From Bifidobacterium longum subsp. longum JCM 1217 (GTDB taxonomy: Bacteria; Actinomycetota; Actinomycetes; Actinomycetales; Bifidobacteriaceae): a stretch of DNA of 32,000 bases. Below are positions 1-9,533 of this stretch, one piece after another (the stretch's first letter is position 1; each line of letters opens with the position of its first letter). A program made the translations under genes and the position numbers. The notes below the pieces were generated by a model. It worked only from the letters and a program-made list of their open reading frames with translations, was not told the DNA's origin and did no database searches. The DNA lies in contig NC_015067.1 in assembly GCF_000196555.1 (NCBI RefSeq), positions 840,001-872,000 on the forward strand, in the 5' to 3' direction.

Positions 1-528
1 CTCGCCGTGGCCACCGGCAACAAGTCAGAGCTCGCCTGCGGCTACTCGACCATCTACGGCGATGCGGTAGGCGGCTACGCACCCATCAAGGACCTGCTCA
101 AGACCCGTGTCTGGGAGATCAGCCGTTGGCGTAACAAGGCCGCGGCCGCAGGCGTCGGCATCGGCGGTCTCAAGATCGCGGGCAACGAGGACGGCAACAC
201 CGGCATCCCGTTGAAGGACGGCGTGATGATTCCGGTCTCCTCCATCGAGAAGGCACCCTCGGCCGAGTTGCGCCCCGGGCAGAAGGACTCCGACTCCCTG
301 CCCGAATACGCGCTGCTCGACAAGGTGCTCGCCGCATACATCGAGCACGCGCACGGCCGCGCCGACCTGTTAGCCGACGGCTTCGACCAGGTCACCGTAG
401 ACACCGTGATGCGATTGGTGGACCGCGCCGAATGGAAGCGCCGCCAATACCCGCTGGGACCGAAGGTCACGGCCCTCGCGTTCGGCCGCGACCGCCGACT
501 GCCCGTCACCAACGCATTCAGGGAATAA
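1..528 (+). CDS. nadE: NAD+ synthetase, C-terminal fragment (5' end outside window)
   Basis: Frame 1 is open from the window edge; stop TAA at 526-528. The translation (KSELACGYSTIYGDAVGGYAPIKDLLKTRVWEISRWRN...) matches the ATP-pyrophosphatase C-terminal part of glutamine-dependent NAD synthetases. Confidence 0.85.
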   Translation, partial: LAVATGNKSELACGYSTIYGDAVGGYAPIKDLLKTRVWEISRWRNKAAAAGVGIGGLKIAGNEDGNTGIPLKDGVMIPVSSIEKAPSAELRPGQKDSDSLPEYALLDKVLAAYIEHAHGRADLLADGFDQVTVDTVMRLVDRAEWKRRQYPLGPKVTALAFGRDRRLPVTNAFRE

Positions 529-535
529 ACATATA

Positions 536-557
536 TTGCTCCCGCCAGCGGGAGCAA
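536..557 (+). terminator. Stem-loop just after nadE (ttgctcccg / cgggagcaa), no T-tract
   Basis: 9-bp perfect inverted repeat read directly, 8 nt after the nadE stop. No U-tail, so terminator function is uncertain. Confidence 0.3.
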
Positions 558-580
558 GTAATACCGTTGAGGAGGTACCA

Positions 581-805
581 ATGACAGACGATAACAAGAA
601 GCAGTGGTATTTCAACACCGTCAAGAAGCAGGCCGAGTTGGGCATGGTCTCACCGATCGAACAGCGCATGGGTCCGTACAAGACCAAGGAAGACGCCGAA
701 CATGCGTGGGACATCGTGGTGGACCGCAATGCCAGATGGGAGGAGGAGAACCGGCGCTGGAAGAACTACGGCGTGAAACCCGCACAGGCTCGCCCCGAGG
801 ATTGA
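581..805 (+). CDS. Small conserved hypothetical protein (74 aa)
   Basis: ATG at 581 preceded by GAGGAGG. The ORF track's earlier start at 536 lies inside the hairpin. Charged, W-rich sequence with no recognisable domain. Confidence 0.6.
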   Translation: MTDDNKKQWYFNTVKKQAELGMVSPIEQRMGPYKTKEDAEHAWDIVVDRNARWEEENRRWKNYGVKPAQARPED

Positions 806-851
806 CGGTCGAAAACTGACGGATACGGTTCTGCTGTCAATCTCAAGACCG

Positions 852-885
852 AACCGCTCATACGAACATCACAGTATGAGCGGTT
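852..885 (+). terminator. Hairpin aaccgctcata-N12-tatgagcggtt followed by ttccc
   Basis: 11-bp perfect stem downstream of the small ORF; weak T-tail. Confidence 0.4.
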
Positions 886-959
886 TCCCATATCTGGAGA
901 CGTGCAATAGTCCCATCAATATCTAGAAGCCATTGGAATGGTAGCGTTCACAGAAACAA

Positions 960-975
960 TGTGAGATAGCTCACT
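960..975. promoter_or_regulatory. Palindromic operator candidate TGTGAGATAGCTCACT (TGTGA-N6-TCACT)
   Basis: Read directly, about 100 nt upstream of the pflB start. One mismatch from the CRP/GlxR-type consensus TGTGA-N6-TCACA. Half-sites also resemble LacI-family TGTGAG half-sites. Confidence 0.35.
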
Positions 976-1070
976 CCCAATTTCAGCTTTTCTCAAGCAA
1001 GTGCCAACTACACTGTTGAACCAAGGGTTCCGTGAAGATGCGAAACCTACAACCCCATTTAAGGAGTGAC

Positions 1071-3446
1071 ATGACCGCAGTGGAAAATGCAGCTGTCTCC
1101 CAGGAGGAGCTCGACGCCAAGGCGTGGGCCGGCTTCACCGAGGGCAACTGGCAGAAGGATATTGACGTCCGCGACTTCATCCAGAAGAACTACACCCCGT
1201 ACGAGGGCGACGAGACATTCCTGGCTCCTGCCACCGAGAAGACCAAGCACCTGTGGAAGTACCTCGACGACAACTACCTGGCCGTGGAGCGCAAGCAGCG
1301 CGTCTACGACGTGGACACCCATACCCCGGCCGACGTCGACGCCTTCCCGGCCGGCTACATCGACTCCCCGGAAGTCGATAACGTGGTCGTTGGCCTCCAG
1401 ACCGACGTTCCCTGCAAGCGCGCGATGATGCCGAACGGTGGCTGGCGCATGGTCGAGCAGGCCATCAAGGAAGCCGGCAAGGAACCGGATCCGGAGATCA
1501 AGAAGATCTTCACCAAGTACCGCAAGACCCACAACGACGGCGTCTTCGGCGTGTACACCAAGCAGATCAAGGTCGCCCGCCACAACAAGATCCTCACCGG
1601 TCTGCCGGACGCCTACGGCCGTGGCCGCATCATCGGCGACTACCGCCGCGTCGCCCTGTACGGCGTGAACAAGCTCATCGCCTTCAAGAAGCGCGACAAG
1701 GACTCCGTGCCGTACCGCAACGACTTCACCGAGCCGGAGATCGAGCACTGGATCCGCTTCCGTGAGGAGCACGACGAGCAGATCAAGGCTCTGAAGAAGC
1801 TCATCAACCTCGGCAACGAGTACGGCCTCGACCTGTCCCGCCCGGCCCAGACCGCGCAGGAAGCCGTGCAGTGGACCTACATGGGCTACCTGGCCTCCAT
1901 CAAGTCCCAGGACGGCGCCGCCATGTCCTTCGGCCGCAACTCCGCCTTCCTCGACTGCTACATCGAGCGCGACCTCCAGGCCGGCAAGATCACCGAGACC
2001 GACGCCCAGGAGCTCATCGACAACATCGTCATGAAGCTGCGCATCGTGCGCTTCCTGCGTACCAAGGACTACGATTCGATCTTCTCCGGCGACCCGTACT
2101 GGGCGACCTGGTCCGACGCCGGCTTCGGCGATGACGGCCGTTCGATGGTCACCAAGACCTCGTTCCGTCTGCTCAACACCCTGACCCTCGAGCACCTCGG
2201 ACCTGGCCCCGAGCCGAACATCACCATCTTCTGGGATCCGAAGCTGCCTGAGGCCTACAAGCGCTTCTGCGCCAAGATCTCCATCGACACCTCGGCCATC
2301 CAGTACGAGTCCGACAAGGAAATTCGTAGCCACTGGGGCGACGACGCTGCCATCGCATGCTGCGTCTCCCCGATGCGCGTGGGCAAGCAGATGCAGTTCT
2401 TCGCCGCCCGCGTGAACTCCGCCAAGGCCCTGCTGTACGCCATCAACGGCGGCCGCGACGAGATGACCGGCATGCAGGTCATCGACAAGGGCGTGATCGA
2501 GCCGATTACCCCGGAGGCCGACGGCACCCTCGATTACGAGAAGGTCAAGAACAACTACGAGAAGGCCCTCGAATGGCTGTCCGAGACCTACGTCATGGCC
2601 CTGAACATCATCCACTACATGCACGATAAGTACGCGTACGAGTCCATCGAGATGGCCCTGCACGACAAGGAAGTGTACCGCACCCTCGGCTGCGGCATGT
2701 CCGGTCTGTCCATCGCCGCCGACTCCCTCGCCGCCGTCAAGTACGCCAAGGTCTACCCGATCTACAACAAGGACGCGAAGACCCTGGAAGGCCACGAGTA
2801 CGAGTACGTTGAGGGCGCCGATGACGATCTGGTCGTCGGCTACCGCACCGAGGGCGAGTTCCCGGTCTACGGCAACGACGACGACCGCGCCGACGACATC
2901 GCCAAGTGGGTTGTCTCCACCGTGATGGGCCAGGTCAAGCGCCTGCCCGTCTACCGTGGCGCCGTCCCGACCCAGTCCATCCTGACGATCACCTCCAACG
3001 TCGAGTACGGCAAGAACACCGGTTCCTTCCCGTCCCGCCACAAGAAGGGCACCCCGTACGCCCCGGGCGCCAACCCGGAGAACGGCATGGACTCGCACGG
3101 CATGCTGCCGTCCATGTTCTCCGTCGGCAAGATCGACTACAACGACGCCCTCGACGGCATCTCGCTGACCAACACCATCACCCCCGATGGCCTGGGCCGC
3201 GACGAGGACGAGCGCATCGGCAACCTGGTCGGCATCCTGGACGCCGGCAACGGCCACGGCCTCTACCACGCGAACATCAACGTTCTGCGCCGCGAGACCA
3301 TGGAGGACGCCGTCGAGCACCCCGAGAAGTACCCGCACCTGACCGTGCGCGTCTCCGGCTACGCGGTGAACTTCGTCAAGCTCACCAAGGAGCAGCAGCT
3401 CGACGTCATCTCCCGTACCTTCCACCAAGGTGCCGTCGTCGACTGA
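1071..3446 (+). CDS. pflB: Formate C-acetyltransferase (pyruvate formate-lyase)
   Basis: ATG at 1071 preceded by AAGGAG; the track start at 1032 is an upstream in-frame GTG. Glycyl-radical motif RVSGYAVNF near the C-terminus, adjacent-cysteine motif (IACCVSPM), roughly 790 aa as expected for PFL. Confidence 0.97.
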   Translation: MTAVENAAVSQEELDAKAWAGFTEGNWQKDIDVRDFIQKNYTPYEGDETFLAPATEKTKHLWKYLDDNYLAVERKQRVYDVDTHTPADVDAFPAGYIDSPEVDNVVVGLQTDVPCKRAMMPNGGWRMVEQAIKEAGKEPDPEIKKIFTKYRKTHNDGVFGVYTKQIKVARHNKILTGLPDAYGRGRIIGDYRRVALYGVNKLIAFKKRDKDSVPYRNDFTEPEIEHWIRFREEHDEQIKALKKLINLGNEYGLDLSRPAQTAQEAVQWTYMGYLASIKSQDGAAMSFGRNSAFLDCYIERDLQAGKITETDAQELIDNIVMKLRIVRFLRTKDYDSIFSGDPYWATWSDAGFGDDGRSMVTKTSFRLLNTLTLEHLGPGPEPNITIFWDPKLPEAYKRFCAKISIDTSAIQYESDKEIRSHWGDDAAIACCVSPMRVGKQMQFFAARVNSAKALLYAINGGRDEMTGMQVIDKGVIEPITPEADGTLDYEKVKNNYEKALEWLSETYVMALNIIHYMHDKYAYESIEMALHDKEVYRTLGCGMSGLSIAADSLAAVKYAKVYPIYNKDAKTLEGHEYEYVEGADDDLVVGYRTEGEFPVYGNDDDRADDIAKWVVSTVMGQVKRLPVYRGAVPTQSILTITSNVEYGKNTGSFPSRHKKGTPYAPGANPENGMDSHGMLPSMFSVGKIDYNDALDGISLTNTITPDGLGRDEDERIGNLVGILDAGNGHGLYHANINVLRRETMEDAVEHPEKYPHLTVRVSGYAVNFVKLTKEQQLDVISRTFHQGAVVD

Positions 3447-3480
3447 TGACCAACCCCGCGAACCGCGGCAATGACTAACT

Positions 3481-3516
3481 GAAGGGGTGGGGCACGGCTC
3501 CACCCCTTCCTTATTT
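3481..3516 (+). terminator. Rho-independent terminator/attenuator between pflB and pflA
   Basis: gaaggggtgg-N9-ccaccccttc (10-bp GC-rich stem) followed by cttattt. Confidence 0.6.
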
Positions 3517-3555
3517 CCCACAGACCTTCGCATCATTTGGAACAGGAGGACAACG

Positions 3556-4437
3556 ATGCCCGCAACACCCACGTTCCGCACCACGACCAGGCATATGCTC
3601 AAGGAATCGAAGACCTATGCCTCGCAGACTTTGATGGGCGGCCTTTCCGGCTTTGAATCCCCAATCGGACTCGACCGACGTGACCGCCTTTCCGCCCTGA
3701 AATCCGGCGATATCGGCTTCGTCCACTCTTGGGACATCAACACCTCCGTGGACGGACCGGGCACCCGCATGACCGTGTTCATGTCCGGCTGCCCGCTGCG
3801 CTGCCAGTACTGCCAGAACCCGGACACTTGGAAGATGCGCGACGGCAAGCCCGTCTACCTTGACGCCATGATCAAGAAGGTCGATCGTTACAAGGACCTG
3901 TTCAAGGCCACGCATGGCGGTATCACCTTCTCCGGCGGCGAATCCATGATGCAGCCCGCCTTCGTCTCGCGTGTGTTCCATGCCGCCAAGGAGATGGGCG
4001 TGCACACCTGCCTCGATACGTCCGGCTTCCTCAACACGAATTACACCGACGAGATGCTCGAGGACATCGACCTGTGTCTGCTCGACGTCAAATCCGGCGA
4101 CGAGGAGACCTATCACAAGGTCACCGGCGGCACCTTGCAGCCCACCATCGATTTTGGCCAGCGACTGGCCAAGGCCGGCAAGAAGATCTGGGTGCGATTT
4201 GTGCTCGTGCCGGGCCTGACCGACTCCGAAGAGAACGTCGAAAACGTGGCGAAGATCTGCGAGTCCTTCGGTGATGCCGTCGAACACATCGACGTGCTGG
4301 GATTCCACCAGCTTGGCCGCCCGAAGTGGCACGAACTGCGCATCCCATACCCGCTGGAGAACCAGAAGGGACCCAACGCCGCCACCCGCGAACGGGTGAC
4401 CAACCAGTTCAAGGACCACGGCTTCACCGTGTATTAA
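3556..4437 (+). CDS. pflA: Pyruvate formate-lyase activating enzyme (radical SAM)
   Basis: ATG at 3556 preceded by AGGAGG. Radical-SAM CxxxCxxC motif (CPLRCQYCQNP) and the glycine-rich GGITFSGGE motif. Located immediately downstream of pflB. Confidence 0.95.
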   Translation: MPATPTFRTTTRHMLKESKTYASQTLMGGLSGFESPIGLDRRDRLSALKSGDIGFVHSWDINTSVDGPGTRMTVFMSGCPLRCQYCQNPDTWKMRDGKPVYLDAMIKKVDRYKDLFKATHGGITFSGGESMMQPAFVSRVFHAAKEMGVHTCLDTSGFLNTNYTDEMLEDIDLCLLDVKSGDEETYHKVTGGTLQPTIDFGQRLAKAGKKIWVRFVLVPGLTDSEENVENVAKICESFGDAVEHIDVLGFHQLGRPKWHELRIPYPLENQKGPNAATRERVTNQFKDHGFTVY

Positions 4438-4499
4438 ATTGCAGGGCCGAACCGCGCGTAAATACCACGATTCGGCCCGTTCGCCCATACCCTAGAGAT

Positions 4500-5138
4500 A
4501 TGGCCGACATCTACGCATTTCCTACGGGAGAGTCCAACGACGGACGCCCCGTGCGCCCTCAGGGTGTGCCGGATGAAGTATGGGCAGCCGTCGAATCCGT
4601 CAGCACCATGAAGCGCATCCATGACGTGCGCTATCGGGAGATTCCCGTGCCTTCCACCTTGGCCGATTATGGTATCGGCGTGGAATTCGAAGCGGGAGAG
4701 CGTGCCCTCGGCGATGCCTTTTCCGCCGGTCTTGGCAGCGATGCCGAATCACGAATCGCCACAGGCTGGATCATGATGCTTTATGCTCATGAGCTGCGCA
4801 TTGACTGGGATTCCAACTGGCGTTGCGTGGCGTTCGCGCGACTGCCGCTGGAAACCGCCGAAAACGATTCTCTGACCCCCGGCATGTACTGGGATGACAT
4901 GTGCGACTATTTCGACGGCATCGAGCCGGATTCGGTATCCGGCACAGTCACCGTGACCCAAAACACGGCTTTTGGCTCGATGGCCGGCTCCACCAGCGCC
5001 GGGTGTGAGATTCGCGTCTCATGGACCCCGCTTGACGGGACCGGGCCGGACGGTACTATGGACGCCGGCGCACAAGTCCGCTCGTGGGCCGCATTCATCA
5101 GATCCACCATCCGTTTTGAGGAGGATGACGCCAGTTGA
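4500..5138 (+). CDS. DUF3000-like conserved actinobacterial protein
   Basis: ATG at 4500; the longer track ORF from 4326 overlaps pflA. Stop overlaps the rnd start (TTGA). Its position directly upstream of RNase D is the usual actinobacterial context for DUF3000; the family assignment is from memory. Confidence 0.7.
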   Translation: MADIYAFPTGESNDGRPVRPQGVPDEVWAAVESVSTMKRIHDVRYREIPVPSTLADYGIGVEFEAGERALGDAFSAGLGSDAESRIATGWIMMLYAHELRIDWDSNWRCVAFARLPLETAENDSLTPGMYWDDMCDYFDGIEPDSVSGTVTVTQNTAFGSMAGSTSAGCEIRVSWTPLDGTGPDGTMDAGAQVRSWAAFIRSTIRFEEDDAS

Positions 5139-6436
5139 GTGACGTCCGTGACACCGAACCCCGACTGCTGAAAGAGCCTCGCGGGGGAGTACCCGATGTC
5201 ACTTCGACGCTGGACGGCTATCATCGTGTCTGCGATGCGATGGCCGAGGCGACGGGCTCGCTGGCCGCCGACGCCGAACGGGCGTCCGGCTTCCGCTATG
5301 GACACGAGGATTGGCTGATTCAGTTCAAACGTGAGGGTGCAGGCATCGCCTTGCTTGATCCCGTCGCCCTGACCCGGGCCGGAGCTGATTGGAATGAATT
5401 CAATGACGCCGTGGGCGACGCCACGTGGATTCTGCATGATTCTCTGATGGACTTGCCCGGATTCGCCGAAATCGGGCTCAAACCCAAAGCCCTGTTCGAC
5501 ACGGAAATAGCGGCGCGATTGCTCGGCCTGCACCGCTTTGGTCTGGCCGCCGTCACCGAACACTACCTCGGCATCACGCTAGCCAAAGAGCATTCCGCCG
5601 CCGATTGGTCCTACCGTCCGCTGCCGCGCGACTGGCGCAACTATGCGGCGCTCGACGTGGAGGTGCTTATCGAACTTGAAACCATGATGCGTCGTGACCT
5701 GAAAGCCGCAGGCAAGGACGAGTGGGCCGCTGAAGAGTTTTCTCACGCTTTGGTTGCGGGCCTTGCCCCGCGCAAACCGCATCCGATTCCTTGGCTGCGT
5801 ATCTCGCGCATCACCCAGCTGAGTCGTGATCCAAGGGGCTTGGCCATCGCCAAATCCCTATGGGAGGAGCGCGACCGACTCGCCCGGCAATACGATATTG
5901 CGCCCAGCCTGTTATTGGCCGATTCATCAATCATCGAGGCGGCGACCAACAAGCCGCACAATGCTGCCCAATTCCGCGCGCTCCGATCCCTGAACGAGCG
6001 TGTGCGCATCCATACCGGCACCGAGCAGGACAAAATGTTCGAGCGGTACGCGCCGATTCAGCGTGCGGTCAAACCGAAGGTCTGGAAGCAGGCCATCGAT
6101 CGAGCCATAGCCCTGAAGCCCACCCAATGGCCTACCATGCCCGCCCCCGAACAGGACGAAAACGGTGTGGTGAACGCGCCCCGATCCATGCGGCTGTGGC
6201 AACAGCGCCATCCGGAGCGTTATGACCGTCTGCAACGGGTGCGGCGTGTGATCAACCGCATCGCCGAAGACACCCGCACGCCGGCCGAGATGATCATCAA
6301 GCCACAGATCCTACGCAACCTGTGCTGGGTGGAAGACCCGGTGGAAGTGGACGTCGAGACGTTCCTGATCGAGCAGGGCGCAAGGAACTGGCAAGTGAAA
6401 CTCATTGCACCGTCCGTAAGTGGCGTTATCATGTAG
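5135..6436 (+). CDS. rnd: Ribonuclease D-like 3'-5' exonuclease with HRDC domain
   Basis: TTG start at 5135 preceded by GAGGAGGA. DEDDy-type exonuclease motifs (AADAERASGFRY...; HSAADWSYRPL; YAALDVEVL) followed by an HRDC-like region. Confidence 0.85.
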   Translation: MSDVRDTEPRLLKEPRGGVPDVTSTLDGYHRVCDAMAEATGSLAADAERASGFRYGHEDWLIQFKREGAGIALLDPVALTRAGADWNEFNDAVGDATWILHDSLMDLPGFAEIGLKPKALFDTEIAARLLGLHRFGLAAVTEHYLGITLAKEHSAADWSYRPLPRDWRNYAALDVEVLIELETMMRRDLKAAGKDEWAAEEFSHALVAGLAPRKPHPIPWLRISRITQLSRDPRGLAIAKSLWEERDRLARQYDIAPSLLLADSSIIEAATNKPHNAAQFRALRSLNERVRIHTGTEQDKMFERYAPIQRAVKPKVWKQAIDRAIALKPTQWPTMPAPEQDENGVVNAPRSMRLWQQRHPERYDRLQRVRRVINRIAEDTRTPAEMIIKPQILRNLCWVEDPVEVDVETFLIEQGARNWQVKLIAPSVSGVIM

Positions 6437-6490
6437 AGGTTGCCTTACGGCAGAACTGTAAGAAATAACGACTTTTGAGGAGTCATTAGC

Positions 6491-7870
6491 GTGAAGATCA
6501 GCGTTCGTAACCTCGAGCCCACCAAGGTGAAGCTCACCGTCACTGTTGAACCGGAAGAGCTCAACCCGTATCTGGATGCGGCCCGTAAGGAAATCGCCAA
6601 GCAGGTGAACGTTCCCGGCTTCCGTAAGGGTCACGTTCCCGGCAAGATCATCGACCAGCGCATCGGTTTCGCCGCCGTCGCCGGTGAGGCCGTGAACGAC
6701 GCGGTCCCGGAGCTGTACTCCAAGGCCCTGGATGAGAAGAAGATTCGTCCGATGGCTCAGCCGGAGTTCGACGTGCAGGATGTTCCGCAGTCCGCCAACG
6801 ACGAGACCAAGCTGAAGTTCACCGCCACCGTCGAGCGTCGTCCTGACATCGAACTGCCGGAAATCGACGGTCTTGAGATCGCCATCTCCAAGCCGGAAGT
6901 CAAGGATGAGGACGTCGACAAGCGCCTCGAGACCCTGCGTCAGCGCTTCGGCACCTTGGTCGGCGTGGACCGCCCGGCCGCCAAGGGCGACTTCGCCAAC
7001 ATCGACCTGACTGCTGAGATTGACGGCGAGACCGTCGACTCCCAGGAAGGCGTGAGCTACGAGCTCGGCTCCAACACCATGCTCGACGGTCTGGACGAGG
7101 CCCTTGACGGCCTGTCCGCCGGCGAGGAGACCACCTTCGAAGGCACGCTGGAAGCCGGCGAGCACGAGGGCCAGAAGGCCACCGTGAAGGTCAAGGTCAA
7201 CTCCGTCAAGGCTGAGGAACTGCCGGAGCTGAACGATGAGTTCGCTTCCGAAGCTTCCGAGTTCGACACTCTGGACGAGCTCAAGGCTGACATCCGCAAG
7301 GCTGCCGCTCAGGACGCCGAAGGTCGTCAGGCCACCGAGGCTCGCGATGCCTTCATCGCCAAGCTGCAGGAAGGCCTCGAGATCCCGGTGCCGAAGGGCG
7401 TCAAGGCCAACATGGTCGAAGAGCAGCTCAAGGGCATGACCCCGGACCCGGAGAAGGCCACCAAGGAGCAGAAGGCTCAGGCCGAGGAGACCGTGGAGAA
7501 GGATCTGCGCGATCAGATGGTGCTCGACGCTCTGGCCGAGAAGCTGGACGTTCAGGTGTCCCAGTCCGACGTGTTCAACTTCCTCGCTTCCATCGCCCAG
7601 CAGTACGGCATGGATCCGAACAACTTCATCCAGGCCATCATCAAGAATGGCCAGCTTGGCTCCGCTGTGCAGGAAGTCGGCCGTTCCAAGGGCCTGCTCG
7701 CCGGCATGCGCGCCGTCAAGTTCACCGCTGATGGCGAGGTTGTGGACCTCTCCGCCTTCCTGGGCGAGGCCGCTGAGGACGAAGAGTCCGAGTCCGTCGA
7801 GGCCGCTTCCGCTGCTGCCGCCGTGGCCGACGAACTGTCCGCCAAGGATGACGCCAAGGATGCTGAGTGA
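6491..7870 (+). CDS. tig: Trigger factor
   Basis: GTG start preceded by GAGGAG. N-terminus MKISVRNLEPTKVKLTVTVE and FRKGHVPGKII are typical of trigger factor. Acidic C-terminal tail. Confidence 0.95.
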   Translation: MKISVRNLEPTKVKLTVTVEPEELNPYLDAARKEIAKQVNVPGFRKGHVPGKIIDQRIGFAAVAGEAVNDAVPELYSKALDEKKIRPMAQPEFDVQDVPQSANDETKLKFTATVERRPDIELPEIDGLEIAISKPEVKDEDVDKRLETLRQRFGTLVGVDRPAAKGDFANIDLTAEIDGETVDSQEGVSYELGSNTMLDGLDEALDGLSAGEETTFEGTLEAGEHEGQKATVKVKVNSVKAEELPELNDEFASEASEFDTLDELKADIRKAAAQDAEGRQATEARDAFIAKLQEGLEIPVPKGVKANMVEEQLKGMTPDPEKATKEQKAQAEETVEKDLRDQMVLDALAEKLDVQVSQSDVFNFLASIAQQYGMDPNNFIQAIIKNGQLGSAVQEVGRSKGLLAGMRAVKFTADGEVVDLSAFLGEAAEDEESESVEAASAAAAVADELSAKDDAKDAE

Positions 7871-7901
7871 GCATAGCCTCATCGCGTTAGCGTGATTGTT
7901 T

Positions 7902-7943
7902 GAGCCCGGAATCGTGTTTCATGGTTCCGGGCTCTTCCTATTC
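7902..7943 (+). terminator. Rho-independent terminator of tig
   Basis: gagcccggaa-N13-ttccgggctc (10-bp stem) followed by ttcctattc. Confidence 0.6.
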
Positions 7944-7964
7944 TGGCAAAAGGACTATTTCTTT

Positions 7965-8018
7965 GGCTCCCCTCTTTGAGGGGAGCTGTCGAGCGTGGCG
8001 AGACTGAGGGGAGTTCCC
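7965..8018 (+). repeat. Palindromic intergenic repeat, full copy (GGCTCCCCTC-TTT-GAGGGGAGC-TGTCG...CTGAGGGGAGTT)
   Basis: Read directly. Same family as 9534-9616, 16135-16157 and 23915-23931. Confidence 0.75.
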
Positions 8019-8053
8019 AAGGCATACTCGTTGCATAGGGTGCGGAGGTTGAC

Positions 8054-9520
8054 ATGCAGCCAACGGTTACTATCAAACGCCTTGGTTGGCTCGCTGCGGC
8101 GACCATTGTGCTCGGCGTGCTCATCGGTGTGGGAGCAGGTCTGCTGACCCTGTTGCTCTACGGCGTTGAACATGTGCTGCTCGGCTACATCGAAGGCCCA
8201 GAATTGCCTGGTTCATTCGGCGTGCCCGCTGCACGCCGTGCGATATCGGTGACCGTGGGACTCAGCATCGCAGGCATTATCTGGTATCTGCTGCGACACA
8301 AAACGACTGCGGTGCCCTCAGTCAAGAAGGCCGTGGCGGGAAAGCGAATGCCTTTCTGGCAAACCATTGCGCATGTGGTATTGCAGATTTTCATCGTCGG
8401 CTCCGGTGCCTCGATCGGCCGAGAAGTCGCCCCACGCGAACTCGGCGCCATGCTCGCGCAACGTTTCTGCGACCTGTTCCATATCGAGGGCGTTGACGGC
8501 ATCGACCGGCGCATGGTGGTGGCAGTGGCTGCCGGTGCCGGTCTAGGAGGCGTCTATGACGCGCCACTGGCCGGCATGTTCTTCGCCGTCGAAATCCTGT
8601 TGGTAGATGTGACAATCGAAAAAGTTGCGTTTGGACTGGGCATGTCTGCCATTGCCGCATTCGTGGCGGTTGCGATCAAAGGGCATTGCCTGTTCTACGA
8701 CATTACCGCCATGCAACCGGAATCCACGCCAACGTTAATGCTGTTCGCTCTGATCTGCGGTGCGGCATGTGGAGTGGGCGGCGCATTGTTCCGAAAAGGT
8801 TCGCAATGGGCGGAAGCGCACAAGCCAACCGGTAAGGCTATTCTGTGGCAGATGACGCTGGCTGGTCTCATCACCGGTTTGGTGGCGATTGTTGTGCCGC
8901 AGGTGATGGGCAACGGCCGTGCCGCAGCGCAACTTGGATTCAGCACATTCATTCCTGAAACCGCCGGCACTGCTGGTGCCATGCAGTCGGCATCTTCAGC
9001 GGCCGCCTCTCCATGGAACTTGCTGACGGGCGGCGGTAATGTATCCGATTCGGCCTCTGGCGGGGGAGCGGGCTCTGGAATGGCATCGTTCTGGGCCATG
9101 CTTCAGGGTGGGAGCGGCCCTTCTGGATCCGTGATGAACGCCGGTTTCCCGCTGTCCCAGTCCAATATCTGGATGTTGCTGGGTGTGTTGGCACTCACCT
9201 TTGTTGCCAAAGCGCTGGTGACGCTGATGACCATTCGCTCCGGTGCGTCGGGCGGTGTGCTGCAGCCCGGCATCGCATTAGGTTCCACGCTGGGTGCGAT
9301 GCTCGGTCTCGTATGGATACTGATGTTTCCGACCGATTCGGTAACCGCGTGTGCCTTGATCGGTGCGGCTTCGTTGCTTTCGGCCTCACAACAGGCACCG
9401 CTTATGGCCATGTGCTTGGTGATGGAGCTCTCTGAAGCGCCGATTACCTTCTTTGTGCCGGTCGGCATGGCCGTGGCCACGTCGTCACTGATATCAAAGT
9501 GGTTGCTGAGTCGTAAGTAA
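8054..9520 (+). CDS. ClC-family voltage-gated chloride channel/antiporter homologue
   Basis: ATG preceded by GGAGG; polytopic membrane protein. ClC signatures: GSGASIGREVAP (GREGP-like, gating Glu kept), AAGAGLGGVYDAPLAGMFFAVE, GASGGVLQP (GxFxP-like), QAPLMAMCLVMEL. Confidence 0.85.
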   Translation: MQPTVTIKRLGWLAAATIVLGVLIGVGAGLLTLLLYGVEHVLLGYIEGPELPGSFGVPAARRAISVTVGLSIAGIIWYLLRHKTTAVPSVKKAVAGKRMPFWQTIAHVVLQIFIVGSGASIGREVAPRELGAMLAQRFCDLFHIEGVDGIDRRMVVAVAAGAGLGGVYDAPLAGMFFAVEILLVDVTIEKVAFGLGMSAIAAFVAVAIKGHCLFYDITAMQPESTPTLMLFALICGAACGVGGALFRKGSQWAEAHKPTGKAILWQMTLAGLITGLVAIVVPQVMGNGRAAAQLGFSTFIPETAGTAGAMQSASSAAASPWNLLTGGGNVSDSASGGGAGSGMASFWAMLQGGSGPSGSVMNAGFPLSQSNIWMLLGVLALTFVAKALVTLMTIRSGASGGVLQPGIALGSTLGAMLGLVWILMFPTDSVTACALIGAASLLSASQQAPLMAMCLVMELSEAPITFFVPVGMAVATSSLISKWLLSRK

Positions 9521-9533
9521 ATACATATATTCT

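Noticed and set aside
3487-3555. Upstream-extended starts from the ORF track for pflA (3487), DUF3000 (4326), clpX (11495), nhaA (13328), the ABC ATPase (26829), pflB (1032) and the small ORF (536).
   Set aside because: In each case an internal ATG has a much better SD and yields the canonical N-terminus. The extensions overlap terminators, tRNA flanks or the preceding gene.
1059-3602. Very long antisense ORFs: 847 aa opposite pflB, 523 aa at 6311-7882 opposite tig, 499 aa at 25164-26663 opposite metY, 354 aa at 16354-17418 opposite the OMT and sdhB, and 270 aa at 9836-10648.
   Set aside because: Typical shadow ORFs of high-GC DNA. Their translations are low-complexity and rich in Gly, Val, Asp, Ala, Leu and Arg, with no motifs. 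Each lies exactly opposite a gene with strong family signatures.
7944-8053. Fluoride (crcB-motif) riboswitch upstream of the ClC gene.
   Set aside because: The spacer is occupied by the palindromic repeat. I see nothing resembling the conserved crcB-motif core as I remember it.
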